Source of the DNA: an uncultured Methanosarcinaceae archaeon
GTDB lineage: Archaea; Halobacteriota; Methanosarcinia; Methanosarcinales; Methanosarcinaceae
Assembly (NCBI GenBank): GCA_963733675.1
Contig: CAVTET010000001.1
Coordinates: forward strand, 32,001 to 96,000
Reading direction: 5' to 3'
DNA length: 64,000 nt
Shown here: in pieces, positions 22,416 to 33,499 of the stretch
Numbering within the stretch: position 1 is the stretch's first letter
Layout of the letters: every line of letters starts with the position of its first letter
The notes under the pieces: model-generated
Seen by the model: the letters and a program-made list of their open reading frames with translations, nothing else
Database searches by the model: none
What the model was told of the DNA's origin: nothing
Translations under genes and position numbers: made by a program

Positions 22416-23381
22416 AAAAGATTATTTTAATCATTTTTTTGAAGTTATTTCGATTTTTAATAGTATTCCCAAGTTATTGAATAGAAATTCTGAAAGTTAC
22501 TAATTCTTTTAAATTCTGTATCTGATTAATTGTTCTTTTTGTCACTCTTGGAGTTCTTTGGAACTATTTTTGTAACTATTAAGCCTTAATAAAGGACTAT
22601 CAAATAAATCATCTTTATATTAATTAAATTGGCAAATTTAATTAGTTGATTTTCATTAACTATTGGCTATTGATTATGTTTTCTCCTTTTCCGGCAGTAA
22701 GTAATTAGATACGTCTATTTAAGTTAAAATAGATATTAGAGGATTCCGATTTATCTCTCATTTTTATTACAATTCGTATCACTACATCTATTTAGACAGT
22801 GGCGATGCATAAAAGGCAATTTGCATACTTTATCAAAGTCACATTTGGGCCTTTGATGACATTCACTAATTAATTTTATAACAGTTTTGAAAAATCAAAT
22901 ATGGGATAACATTCTTTCTAGAGGTAATAAGGCAATCAATGTCAAAAAAGTTGAAGCGGAATAAATTTTAATTTACTTGTGCCTGTTATCCAAAAATTTC
23001 ATGTTAGTTTTCGGAGGCAATAGAGTTCTTGATAAGTTAAATGATTTTCTACCGCACCCATTTTAACTTCTATAGAGTGCAGGTGGATTAGTATATGAAG
23101 ATGAAAAAAGTTAAATGCGAAAATACACCTCAAAAGATTATGGAATTAAGTATTCAAAGTGGACATTAAGAAATCTACTAACATTTAGATCTTTTAAAAT
23201 ATTAATCATATAATGAGTTGACGACCAAATAACTAATATTGGGGGATTAATATGAAAATATTCAGTTCCCTACATTTCTTTTCTCCTTTTTTATTTTCTA
23301 TTAAGTTTTTTGAAGAATTATTTGTTTTTGAAATGTCTTTGTGGGGGCAAAGCTTTAAATCAGATTATTCCTTTGTATCGC

Positions 23382-23449
23382 ATGTTTCATTTTCGGGATT
23401 AGTTCCCGTTGGAGTGTGACCCTGCAGACAGGGTTGAACCGTGAAACAT
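23382..23449 (+). ncRNA. Structured rpl15e 5' leader (eL15-Euryarchaeota leader-like)
   Basis: Outer stem ATGTTTCAT/GTGAAACAT enclosing hairpins CGGGA-TTAGT-TCCCG and ACCCTG-CAGA-CAGGGT, ~20 nt before the rpl15e start. Confidence 0.7.
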
Positions 23450-23470
23450 AAATGAAACTTGGTGTTTTAA

Positions 23471-24061
23471 TTGGTAAAATCTTTCTATGGATATATACGA
23501 GATGCATGGAAAAACCCTGAAGAGACATATGTGAAAGAGCTCCGATGGGAGCGCTTGCAGATTTGGAGAAAACAGGGATCTGTGACCAGAATCGAAAAAC
23601 CCACACGAATTGACAGAGCTCGTTCTCTTGGATATAAAGCTAAGCAGGGTATAATTGTTGCCAGGATAAAGGTACGCCGCGGAGGACTTGGTAAAACTAG
23701 ATTCAACCGTGGGAGAAGAACACAGAAAATGGGGAAGAATAGGATCACAGGTGGCATGAGCATCCAGAGGATTGCTGAAGCTCGTGCAGACCGTAAGTAC
23801 CCCAACCTTGAGGTCCTGAACTCTTACTGGGTAGGTGAGGATGGAAAGCACATATGGTTTGAAGCCATCCTTGTAGATCCTCATCATCCTGTAATAAAGA
23901 GTGACAAGAATCTTAATTGGATCTGCTCCCAGTCTGTTAGGGGTAGAGCTACAAGAGGCAAGACTAGTGCCAGTCGTAAGGGCAGAGGTCTGTCTACTCG
24001 AGGTAAGGGCACTGAAAAAACTAGGCCAAGCATCGGTGGACATAAGAGTCGAGGTAAGTGA
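23471..24061 (+). CDS. rpl15e: 50S ribosomal protein eL15
   Basis: '[17 protein letters not shown]', '[14 protein letters not shown]'. Confidence 0.97.
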   Translation: MVKSFYGYIRDAWKNPEETYVKELRWERLQIWRKQGSVTRIEKPTRIDRARSLGYKAKQGIIVARIKVRRGGLGKTRFNRGRRTQKMGKNRITGGMSIQRIAEARADRKYPNLEVLNSYWVGEDGKHIWFEAILVDPHHPVIKSDKNLNWICSQSVRGRATRGKTSASRKGRGLSTRGKGTEKTRPSIGGHKSRGK

Positions 24062-24498
24062 TTCATCACATAACGTTGCGTGCGCTTGCCCACGCAACGG
24101 AAGACGTATTCAGAGTCCAGAAAGCTCTAAAATTTTTTGTATCCAGCACTAGCGTCCGGGATAGGGAGTTGATTGAAGAGCTTCAGTCTGAGGGGCATCA
24201 TGGAAATCCAATTATCATATTGAGCTTGCAGATTAAAAGGAAGGCAGACTGTCTATGTTTTGCTAGTTTTGTCCGGGATCATTTTTTGGAGGAAGATTTA
24301 GCACGGCTTAGGAAAGAAATGCCGGAGAGGCTGGACAATGATCAGTTTTTCCATCTCCGCTTTGATAAGCAGGCTGCATACCTGCAGAAGGTAAAGCTAA
24401 CTGATTCTTCGAACGCGATCACTGTAAAAGTCAAGATCAAGACATATCCGAAGAGTAGGGAAAAAGCTGGAGCCATAGTGGAGGAGTTTTTTGGGTAA
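24058..24498 (+). CDS. RNA-binding protein of the exosome superoperon (COG1325-like)
   Basis: 'HATED', 'EGHHGNPI', 'LRFDKQAAY'. Confidence 0.85.
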   Translation: MIHHITLRALAHATEDVFRVQKALKFFVSSTSVRDRELIEELQSEGHHGNPIIILSLQIKRKADCLCFASFVRDHFLEEDLARLRKEMPERLDNDQFFHLRFDKQAAYLQKVKLTDSSNAITVKVKIKTYPKSREKAGAIVEEFFG

Positions 24499-25210
24499 GC
24501 CAAAATGTTATGATTTTTGCGTTCATGCAATTCCTGATGGGGATAATACTGTTGAGCAACTTTCTACTCTTGCCATGCATTTCGGGTACAGTGGGATTGT
24601 GATTGCAAATCATTCGGATAAACTTCCTCAATCACCGCCTTTACTTGCCTCAACCAACGAATTTGAAATTTTCAGAGGAATTGAGCTCATAGAAGAAAAT
24701 CCCTCGAAACTTAACAGCTTGGTAGGTAAATTCAGAAAGTCTGTGGATGTCTTGATAGTACATGGAGGTTCAGAAAATGTCAACAAGGCTTCGCTGGAAA
24801 ACCCTAGGGTAGATATATTGAATCATCCGTCTTGTGATAAGAGCGCCGGGTTAAATCAGGTGCTTGCAAAGGCAGCAGCTGAAAATGGGGTTGCAATAGG
24901 CCTGACATTGAGACCTTTCCTTCATTCAAGGGGTTCAAGGCGTATCCGTCTTTTATCGGCTCTCAGGGCAAACCTAGACCTTGCCAGGAAATACGATGTT
25001 TCTCTTGTACTCTCAAGCAGCGCAATGTCCTGTTTTGACCTTCGTTCCCCAATGGAAACACTTGCTATGGCTGAAATATGCGGGCTTGAAGAAGAAGAAG
25101 CTCTTGAAGCTATGTGTACTGTACCTGAAAAAATTATTTCAAGGAAACGTCTTGTATCTGGGTATATAAGAGAAGGCATCGAAGTGCTTGAAGAGTGTGA
25201 TTATTTTTGA
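24491..25210 (+). CDS. rnp3: RNase P protein component 3 (Rpp30)
   Basis: PHP-like fold, 'VDILNHP', 'SSAMSCFDLRSP'; conserved synteny. Confidence 0.9.
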   Translation: MGKPKCYDFCVHAIPDGDNTVEQLSTLAMHFGYSGIVIANHSDKLPQSPPLLASTNEFEIFRGIELIEENPSKLNSLVGKFRKSVDVLIVHGGSENVNKASLENPRVDILNHPSCDKSAGLNQVLAKAAAENGVAIGLTLRPFLHSRGSRRIRLLSALRANLDLARKYDVSLVLSSSAMSCFDLRSPMETLAMAEICGLEEEEALEAMCTVPEKIISRKRLVSGYIREGIEVLEECDYF

Positions 25211-25590
25211 AACGCTTGCTTCCTTCGCTTCGTGGGAAAAAACGCTATATAGCTTTTGAGCTGATTTCCGAGGGACCTGTAGGCAGGAGCGATTTGGTAA
25301 AGGAGATCATGTCCTCTGCTTCCTCACTGCTTGGGGATGTAATTTCAAGTGAATGCGATATTAAGGTTTTGGGGTTTGAAGACTGGAAAGGTATTATCCA
25401 GTGCTCCAATAACAGAGTAAAAGAAACAAGAGCTTCTCTGGCAGCTCTCACTCGGATTAATGGGAAGAGAGCAACTTTGCACATACTTGGAATTTCAGGT
25501 ACAGTTAAAAGAGCTACTGAAAAATTCATCCGAATTCATAAGGGCTTTGAGCCCGAAATTGAGACTAAATTCAGAATGGTTGAGGGATAA
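25207..25590 (+). CDS. rnp2: RNase P protein component 2 (Pop5)
   Basis: 'LPSLRGKKRYIAF', 'GISGTVK'. Confidence 0.92.
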   Translation: MKRLLPSLRGKKRYIAFELISEGPVGRSDLVKEIMSSASSLLGDVISSECDIKVLGFEDWKGIIQCSNNRVKETRASLAALTRINGKRATLHILGISGTVKRATEKFIRIHKGFEPEIETKFRMVEG

Positions 25591-26386
25591 AATCTGGAAG
25601 GTTCAGGTAGATAAAATGGCATCTTTTCTTGGTATTATTTTTATGTTTTCATTGAATCTTCAACCATGGAGCTGCTTAACATATACAATAATGAATGAGT
25701 ATTAATTAGTGTAACATATTAATTAGTAGGACTGATTGACAGTGATGTAGCTTGTGCGGAATTTCTGAAAGTTGATTGTGAATGAGTGAGATTCTGATAA
25801 GAAAGCAGGCCTAAAATCAGAGTTCATTGGAAAATTTAGAAGGTTAAATCTCAATGAGGTTCTCAAAGCCTGATTTTATGTACTAGAAATACATGGGTCT
25901 CACAAGCATTATAACTGAGTAAATACACTTTACTAACGGACTTGGTTAACATCGGAACTAGACCTCAAAAACAATTAAAATGGTCTCCCTTAAGTACGTG
26001 AATCCATGTAACAATTTGGGGAACGTATTTTATTGGGTAAAAGTGCCTTTGAATTCCCTTTATCTGGTGTATTTTCGCTGGTTTCATCCAATAAATCTGT
26101 CAGGATTTGAAGTCCCGAATAAAAGGTTAAAAACTCTAATAAGGAAGAAATACGTTATAGTGGATCAAAAGTCTTTTTCCTTACCTGAATGAAGGGTCGA
26201 GGGCTTTAAGCCCCTGAATTTTCGGGATATCCGCACAGTTTCGTGATCACTGACCAAAGCCTTTTTTTGGAAGGCGTTTATTTAGCTGATGACTCTGCGG
26301 GTAGAGATCCTAAAAGGAAGTAATGCCGGTTATTTGCCGGGAAGATTGGGAACAACAAGAATAGATATATAAGGGAGATATGGAAT

Positions 26387-27136
26387 ATGCAGATGGCACC
26401 ACAAATGGGTTATGACAGGGCAATTACTGTTTTTAGCCCTGATGGAAGACTTTTTCAGGTAGAATATGCCCGCGAGGCAGTTAAAAGGGGAACAACAGCC
26501 GTGGGAATCAAGGCAGCTGATGGGGTAGTGCTGCTGGTTGATAAGAGAATTACGAGCAGGCTTGTGGAAGCTGAATCAATAGAAAAAATTTTCCAAATTG
26601 ATGATCACATCGGAGCCGCAACTTCAGGGCTTGTGGCAGACGCCCGCTCTCTTGTTGATAGGGCCCGTGTAGAAGCACAGGTCAACAGGGTTTCTTATGA
26701 TGAACTCATAGGTGTGGAGGTTATCTCCAAAAAAATATGCGACCATAAGCAGACCTACACACAGTATGGCGGTGTCCGCCCCTACGGTACTGCACTTCTT
26801 ATTGCAGGTGTAGATGACAATCTCCCTAGGCTATTTGAGACTGATCCAAGTGGTGCTCTTCTGGAATACAAGGCAACAGCTATTGGAGCGGGCAGAAACG
26901 CAGTAGTTGAAGTTTTTGAGGCTGATTACAGAGAAGACATGAATATTGATGCAGCTATTCTCCTCGGGATGGATGCGCTCTATAGAGCTGCTGAAGGTAA
27001 ATTCGAAGCTTCAACCCTCGAAGTTGGTATTGTCTCCCTTCAGGATAAGAAATTCAGGAAATTGGTTCCTGAAGAAGTTGAGAAATATGTTCAGCAGATC
27101 CTTGCAAATCACAGAGAGCCTGAACACAAAGAATAA
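26387..27136 (+). CDS. psmA: Proteasome alpha subunit
   Basis: '[20 protein letters not shown]'. Confidence 0.97.
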   Translation: MQMAPQMGYDRAITVFSPDGRLFQVEYAREAVKRGTTAVGIKAADGVVLLVDKRITSRLVEAESIEKIFQIDDHIGAATSGLVADARSLVDRARVEAQVNRVSYDELIGVEVISKKICDHKQTYTQYGGVRPYGTALLIAGVDDNLPRLFETDPSGALLEYKATAIGAGRNAVVEVFEADYREDMNIDAAILLGMDALYRAAEGKFEASTLEVGIVSLQDKKFRKLVPEEVEKYVQQILANHREPEHKE

Positions 27137-27210
27137 AAATATATTAGTTTTCAGGAAATGAGTACTCAGTGAATTTTTTTATTCTCAAAATTATGGTTTA
27201 GGGAAGGTAT

Positions 27211-27909
27211 TTGGAAATGGTGTCCCTTGATGAGGCAGTTACTGCAAGGCTTAAAAGAGGCAGCAAACATTTCGAAATCCTAGTGGAGCCAGAAGGAGCT
27301 CTGGCCTACAAACGAGGAGAAGAAGTAAATCTAGAAGACATCCTGGCAGTTGAAGCAATCTTCGAAGATGCAAACAGGGGAGATCGTGCAGCAGAATCCG
27401 ATGTTGTCAAATCTTTTGAGACTACTGACATCTTAGCGATTGCTGCTTTGATCCTGAAAAACGGAGAACTTCAACTTACAGCTGAGCAAAGAAGATGCAT
27501 GCTTGAGGAAAAAAAGAAAAAAGTTATCTATACTATTTCCAAGAATGCTATAAATCCCCAGACAAGAACACCTCATCCTCCCGCAAGGATTGAAAAGGCG
27601 ATGGAGGAGGCAAAGGTTCATATAGACCCTTTAAAAAGTGTGGATCAACTAGTAAATATTACAATGAAAGCCATTCGCCCACTTATACCCATACGTTTTG
27701 AAGAAATCAGTATTGCTGTGAAAATTCCTCCAATATATGCCCCAAAAGCATATGGAGACATTTCCAAGGTTGGAACCATTACAAAAGAAGAATGGCAGCG
27801 TGATGGCTCTTGGATTGGAGTTATAAGGATTCCGGCAGGAATTCAAACTGATTTTTACGCTCTTATAAATCATCTTACGAAAGGTGAAGCTCAAACTAAA
27901 CTTTTATAA
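27211..27909 (+). CDS. Ribosome maturation factor SBDS/Sdo1
   Basis: 'FEILVEP', '[18 protein letters not shown]'. Confidence 0.95.
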   Translation: MEMVSLDEAVTARLKRGSKHFEILVEPEGALAYKRGEEVNLEDILAVEAIFEDANRGDRAAESDVVKSFETTDILAIAALILKNGELQLTAEQRRCMLEEKKKKVIYTISKNAINPQTRTPHPPARIEKAMEEAKVHIDPLKSVDQLVNITMKAIRPLIPIRFEEISIAVKIPPIYAPKAYGDISKVGTITKEEWQRDGSWIGVIRIPAGIQTDFYALINHLTKGEAQTKLL

Positions 27910-27920
27910 GAGGATATTGG

Positions 27921-28703
27921 ATGGATAAAAAAATAGTGATTCCTGGTGACCTGTTATCCGCGGACACAAGAAAAGCCGGATATGGGACGTATGTTAAGAA
28001 TAACAAGATATATTCTTCGTTTTGTGGTATTGAGAATCTCAAAGATGATAGAGCTGTAGTGATCCCTCTAGCAGGAGGGTACATCCCCTCAGTAAATGAC
28101 GTTGTGATAGGGATCGTTATTGTGGTTACGCCGTCCAACTGGATAATGGACATTGCTTCTCCTTATGATGGTTTATTCCATGTATCCGAATATCCAAGAA
28201 GAATAGAATCCCGGGAGATGCCTGAAATTATGAATATAGGCGATTCTATGATTATCAGGGTAAAAGATGTAGATAGCTCCATGAAAGTTGAGCTTGGCTT
28301 GAGGGATTCAAACTTCCACAAACTCAAAACTGGTCTGATTGTCGAGGTTGAGCCTGTAAAGGTTCCCCGTGTGATAGGGCACGGCGGTTCTATGATCTCA
28401 ATGCTGAAGAAAGAAACAAACTGCAGTATTTTCGTTGGCCAGAACGGTAGAATATGGATCGATGGGAAGGGTGAAGATGTGGAGCTTTTGAGCAGGGCTC
28501 TACGGAAGATCGAAGCTGAGGCACAGCGTTCCGGATTGACAGATAGGATATACAGTTTTCTGAAAAATGAAAGGATTGTACAAAAAGAGTCAAGTAATTT
28601 AAAATTTTTTAAAAATGCGCATAAAGGCGCTAAATTAGCAAAAGAGGATCATTCCGAAGAGATCTACAGGAAAATTGACGTATTGCTGGATCCAAAGAAT
28701 TGA
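27921..28703 (+). CDS. rrp4: Exosome RNA-binding subunit Rrp4
   Basis: 'VIPGD', S1 plus KH 'VPRVIGHGGSMI', 'VGQNGRIW'. Confidence 0.95.
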   Translation: MDKKIVIPGDLLSADTRKAGYGTYVKNNKIYSSFCGIENLKDDRAVVIPLAGGYIPSVNDVVIGIVIVVTPSNWIMDIASPYDGLFHVSEYPRRIESREMPEIMNIGDSMIIRVKDVDSSMKVELGLRDSNFHKLKTGLIVEVEPVKVPRVIGHGGSMISMLKKETNCSIFVGQNGRIWIDGKGEDVELLSRALRKIEAEAQRSGLTDRIYSFLKNERIVQKESSNLKFFKNAHKGAKLAKEDHSEEIYRKIDVLLDPKN

Positions 28704-28782
28704 TTTTTGATAGAATTATGAGAGATTTTAAGGAATCTTCTATAAGCTGATTTGTTTTAGGAGTTTTTTTGGAGATCAAAGC

Positions 28783-30150
28783 ATGAGTTGTATGAGTGAT
28801 AAAACTGGAAAATTAATCACTGATGATGGGTTACGTCTTGATGGGAGGCGAGCGGATGAGATCAGGCCAATGAAAATTGAAATTGGAGTGCTTTCCAGAG
28901 CCGATGGTTCGTGTTACCTTGAATGGGGTAGAAACAAAGTCTTAGTAGGCGTATTTGGCCCTAGAGAAGCTCATCCCCGTCGTATACAGCGCGCAGATAC
29001 TGCAGTTATCCGTTATAAGTACAATATGGCTTCTTTTTCCGTTGAGGACCGTGCTCGTCCAGGCCCTAGCAGGCGGAGCATCGAAATTTCAAAAGTCTCC
29101 AGAGAAGCCTTTGAACCGGTAATTATGGCTGAGCTTTTCCCAAAAACGGCAATTGATATTTTTGTAGAAGTACTTCAGGCTGATGCGGGGACACGGACAG
29201 CCGCGATCAATGCTTCAAGTATAGCTCTTGCAGATGCCGGGATTCCTATGAAAGGTCTCATCACTTCCTGTGCCTTCGGAAAAGTTGATGGGCAAATAGT
29301 TCTCGACCTTAACAAGGAAGAAGATAATTATGGAGAGGCTGATTTTCCGGTTGCGATGACTCAGGATGGAGAAATTACCCTGCTTCAGATGGACGGGCAC
29401 CTTACATCTGAAGAAATCAAGAAAGGGCTCGAACTTGTAAGGAAAGGATGCAAGGAAATACTCGAAATTCAACAAGCAGTTCTGAGAAAAAAGTTCGAAA
29501 CTCCCATTGAAGAGCCTGCAAAAGAGACTTCTATTGAAGAGATCTCAGATATTGAGAACAAAGTTATAGAAGCAGAAGTGTCCATGAAATGCGCTTCAGA
29601 GGTAACAGTAGTCGAAGAAATTCGTGAAGAAATCAAAGTTTTTGACGAGGATGCTCCCAAAAAAATCGCTGAAGAAGAGACTATTACAGAAGAAATTCAC
29701 GAATGTGAGGAATTAGAAAACAAAATTGAAGAAGCTAAGTCCTTAGTAGAGGAAGATACTTTAGAAGGGGTAATAGAAGCTGAAATCGGAGAAAAGGCTG
29801 ATCTTAAAGCATCTTTAGAGATAAATCCCAAGATTACAGAGTTTGAAGAGCTTGAGCTCATCAAGGAAGAAGCCTGTTCCTCTGACGCAGAAAAAATGAA
29901 ATTCGAGTCTGGGGTATTTGCTGAAGAAGAAACTCCGCTTTACGAGAAATCCATTACTGAAGAAGTTATCTCAGAAAAGGCTTCTGAATCCAAAAATGAG
30001 CTTGAGTTGAAAGATAAATCCAGAAAAAAGGTTCTTGCTGAAGATGCAGTAAAAGTTGAAGAAAAGTCTGAAAAAGAGAATTCCAAAGGACCTTGGCTGG
30101 TAGTAAAAGATCCCTCTGAATCAGGAAGCAAAGGTGATAAGGATGAGTGA
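28783..30150 (+). CDS. rrp41: Exosome catalytic subunit Rrp41 with long acidic C-terminal extension
   Basis: RNase PH motifs 'RLDGRR', 'RRSIEIS', 'LQADAGTR', 'DLNKEED'; ~210 aa Glu-rich tail. Confidence 0.95.
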   Translation: MSCMSDKTGKLITDDGLRLDGRRADEIRPMKIEIGVLSRADGSCYLEWGRNKVLVGVFGPREAHPRRIQRADTAVIRYKYNMASFSVEDRARPGPSRRSIEISKVSREAFEPVIMAELFPKTAIDIFVEVLQADAGTRTAAINASSIALADAGIPMKGLITSCAFGKVDGQIVLDLNKEEDNYGEADFPVAMTQDGEITLLQMDGHLTSEEIKKGLELVRKGCKEILEIQQAVLRKKFETPIEEPAKETSIEEISDIENKVIEAEVSMKCASEVTVVEEIREEIKVFDEDAPKKIAEEETITEEIHECEELENKIEEAKSLVEEDTLEGVIEAEIGEKADLKASLEINPKITEFEELELIKEEACSSDAEKMKFESGVFAEEETPLYEKSITEEVISEKASESKNELELKDKSRKKVLAEDAVKVEEKSEKENSKGPWLVVKDPSESGSKGDKDE

Positions 30151-30934
30151 AGTTATTGCTACGCTCAAGAAGGATTATATTTACAATCTTATGGTCAAAG
30201 AAAAGCGACAGGATGGGCGTGGATTTAAGGATTTCAGGGATATCAAACTCGAAACAAATATTATCACGAAAGCTGAAGGTTCGGCAAAAATAACTCTTGG
30301 TGATACCCAGGTCCTTGTAGGAGTCAAGCTTCAGATAGGCACTCCGTTTCCGGATTCGCCAGATGAAGGTGTGATTATTACCAACCTTGAGCTTAACCCT
30401 ATTGCTTCTCCAGATTTTGAGCCAGGTCCTCCCAAAGAAGAAGCAATCGAGATGGCAAGAGTCGTTGATAGGGGGATCCGAGAATCGGGTGCAATTGATT
30501 TAAAGAAGCTGTGTGTAGCGGTGGGAGAATCAGTCTGGATAGTCTTCATAGATGTCCATGTTCTCAATGATGAGGGGAATGTTATTGATGCTTCCTGTTT
30601 CGCTGCTATTGCAGCTCTTATGACCACGATTGTTCCAAATGAGCATCCGGGGATCGGTAAAAATGTGCCCCTTGCAATGAAAGAGATACCAGTGGGCGTG
30701 ACTCTGGCTAAAATTGGCTCAAAGCTAATGGTGGATCCCTCTCTGGATGAAGAGGCAATTTGCGAGACAAAACTTACAATTGTTTCCAGTTCAGATGGAT
30801 CTGTTGCTGGAATGCAAAAAATGGGTTCTGTTCCTCTCACTGAAGCAGAAGTTCTGGAAGCAATCGATCTGGCGCGCGAAAAGGCGACCGAACTTAGAGA
30901 ACTATATTTGGAAAAGCTTTTAAGAAAGGGATAA
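30134..30934 (+). CDS. rrp42: Exosome subunit Rrp42
   Basis: 'RQDGR', 'FEPGPP', 'ARVVDRGIRES'. Confidence 0.95.
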   Translation: MIRMSEVIATLKKDYIYNLMVKEKRQDGRGFKDFRDIKLETNIITKAEGSAKITLGDTQVLVGVKLQIGTPFPDSPDEGVIITNLELNPIASPDFEPGPPKEEAIEMARVVDRGIRESGAIDLKKLCVAVGESVWIVFIDVHVLNDEGNVIDASCFAAIAALMTTIVPNEHPGIGKNVPLAMKEIPVGVTLAKIGSKLMVDPSLDEEAICETKLTIVSSSDGSVAGMQKMGSVPLTEAEVLEAIDLAREKATELRELYLEKLLRKG

Positions 30935-30950
30935 GTTGGAAGGATTACCA

Positions 30951-31041
30951 AGAAGATTTCGATAAACTCCTTAATTCTGTAATATTTATATAATTAGTAT
31001 ATAACTAATTCTTATTAATCAGAGGTTTATCGAAATTCTCA
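30951..31041. repeat. Family B repeat
   Basis: AGAAGATTTCGATAAACT...AGAGGTTTATCGAAATTCTC inverted ends. Confidence 0.75.
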
Positions 31042-31150
31042 AATATTAAATATCAGTATTAACGGTATACGTGCTACAAATGTTTAGAGGTGAAGGTCTA
31101 AATCTCATGGGTGAACCTTTATCCAGCGGTTTGAATTGAATCATTTCTAA

Positions 31151-31465
<315 letters not shown>

Positions 31466-31486
31466 AAATTCTAAGGTTGTTGTTTT

Positions 31487-31624
31487 ATGGGTTACAAGTG
31501 CACTCGATGTAAACAAAAAGTTGAAGTAGATTACGAGTACACAGGCATAAGATGCCCGTATTGTGGACATCGAATCTTAGTAAAAGAACGTCCTACAACT
31601 ATCAAACGAATTAAGGCCGATTGA
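31487..31624 (+). CDS. rpoP: RNA polymerase subunit P (Rpo12), 45 aa, below the ORF-track cutoff
   Basis: Manual translation [45 protein letters not shown]. Confidence 0.95.
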   Translation: MGYKCTRCKQKVEVDYEYTGIRCPYCGHRILVKERPTTIKRIKAD

Positions 31625-32110
31625 GGCGTATGTTAATTAATGCGGCTAAAGAGTTATGATTGTTAAAGAAGAAAAGATCTTTTAGAAATATGAGATTTTT
31701 TTTATCATTTTTCTAGACTTTTGATTAATTGCAGCCAAATGTTATTGTAATTAATTCAAACATCGGCATCCCACATGGGATTAAAAATATCAGGAATATA
31801 AGCTTTTACATTATCCTGGCGTGGATCTGGAGGAATTTATAATCAATTTATCACTTCTTTAGCGTTGAATGTCACAAATCCCCGGTTCTTTTGATCGGGG
31901 ATGAGGTTAATCACTGTCTCATTTTGTTCTTGTTCAATCCTCTAAGTCATCTCTGTTTCGTAAAATTAGTTTTTTGGCACCATTGGCAGAGGTGTTGGCC
32001 TCCACAATCTTGCAGGGATGTAATGTGGGCATTGAGTTTTAACAGTTTTATTCATGGCTATGGTCAGGTCATCTATCACATAATCTAGTGCCTGAGTATC
32101 GATACAACAT

Positions 32111-32202
32111 AAAGGATCCCGATAAACCTCTGATTTTCACGAATTATTTATATCTAACTTATATAAATATGGTAAAATGTCGGAGTTTATCAAAATTTTC
32201 AA
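32111..32202 (+). repeat. Family B repeat
   Basis: GGATCCCGATAAACCTCTGATTTTCACGAA...GAGTTTATCAAAATTTTC; matches the 6778 copy. Confidence 0.75.
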
Positions 32203-32357
32203 CAACCTAAATTATTCTAGGCTGCAGCATTAAATCAGGCAACTACAGAAGGATAACAAAAAATAAACAAAGAAAGAAAATAAAACATATACTTTTATTG
32301 ATCCTTGATTTAATAAATAAGAAGGTAAATAAAATAATTAAAAAGGGTTTTTAAAAA

Positions 32358-33050
32358 ATGTTTAAGCAGAGATTTGTGCTGGACACTACAGCACTAACGG
32401 ATCTGCAGACACGTGAGGTCATGGGCTATACTTCCCTTTGTGTAGGAATGAAAGAGATTCTTGATTTGATAGCCGATGCCCGCCTGCAGTTTGGAATAAG
32501 TTGTTACGTACCCTATCCATCAGTATACAAGGAGATGTATGAATTTACAATTCGAAATGGCTGTGACAGAGAGGTTATAGCCAAGATTGATACGTGGCTG
32601 GTGAAAAAATCTCCTGATCGCTATAGAGTAGATGTAACCTCTCAGATATTCCACGAATATGTATCTCATATGCGAGAAAGGATTGACCGAGGAATGGGAG
32701 TTGCAGAGGATGCGGTCTGGGAGGCAGCTACTGCATGTCTCTCTATTGAATATTCGCAAAGTAAAGGAAAAGAATATAGAGAAGAGATTGAAAGAGAAGT
32801 AATTGGTGGGATCATCGGCAAATTTAGGAACAAGTATCGTGCCACTCTAAGGTATGGAATTCTTGACAGTGCTCCTGATATTGATGTCCTGATTCTTGCC
32901 AAGGAGCTTGATGCAGCAGTTATTGCGAGTGATTATGGAATTGAAAAATGGGCAGAACAACTTGGAGTCCGTTTTGTACCTGCAAATACTTTCCCTATGA
33001 TGATTAAAGAGTATCTGAAGCATCTTCCTGAGAATGAAAATGAATCCTAG
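32358..33050 (+). CDS. RNA-free RNase P (HARP, UPF0278 PIN-like)
   Basis: 'RFVLDTT', '[21 protein letters not shown]', '[13 protein letters not shown]'. Confidence 0.88.
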   Translation: MFKQRFVLDTTALTDLQTREVMGYTSLCVGMKEILDLIADARLQFGISCYVPYPSVYKEMYEFTIRNGCDREVIAKIDTWLVKKSPDRYRVDVTSQIFHEYVSHMRERIDRGMGVAEDAVWEAATACLSIEYSQSKGKEYREEIEREVIGGIIGKFRNKYRATLRYGILDSAPDIDVLILAKELDAAVIASDYGIEKWAEQLGVRFVPANTFPMMIKEYLKHLPENENES

Positions 33051-33338
33051 CCTGAAACTAAGATCAAAGAAAGAAGGGACATTTGAAATAGATAAAATTC
33101 ATTTAACAAGTTTACTGGTTTTCGAAGCTCGAATAACAATAATTATCTTAAAAATAGGATTAGAAGTGTAATTATCCTCACTCATAGGGTTATATCTTCA
33201 TTTATATGGTCATGTTTTCATTGATTCCTAAGTTTGATAGTTGAGTAAATATATGTTCCTTTGTTTTTGTTGTTCTGTTCAATTAATACCATCTCAAAAC
33301 TGAGAACATTCCCTACAATTTCTAACAGCTTAAATTCT

Positions 33339-33460
33339 GCAGATATACACAGATGTATGATTTGTTTGCCTATTTACCCACTATTTTTCATTGAAAGTTA
33401 GATTAATTATTAAGCTACTTTCATGTTGAGAAACTAGATGGCATTTTTGCGTACATCTGT
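33339..33460 (+). repeat. Family A repeat, copy 3
   Basis: GCAGATATACAC...GCGTACATCTGT; core TAAGCTACTTTCATGTTGAGAAACTAGATGG identical to copy 1. Confidence 0.8.
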
Positions 33461-33499
33461 GGGAAGTAGGTAAAATAATATGGAATTCCTAATCGGATA

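Noticed and set aside
24073-24100. CGTTGCGTG/CACGCAACG hairpin
   Set aside because: It lies inside a CDS and partly overlaps the conserved HATED codons; no independent support
23355-24152. Long alternative ORFs overlapping rpl15e (and similar ones over smc, mcm, fmdAC, rrp42)
   Set aside because: Antisense or off-frame shadows of conserved genes with no recognisable motifs
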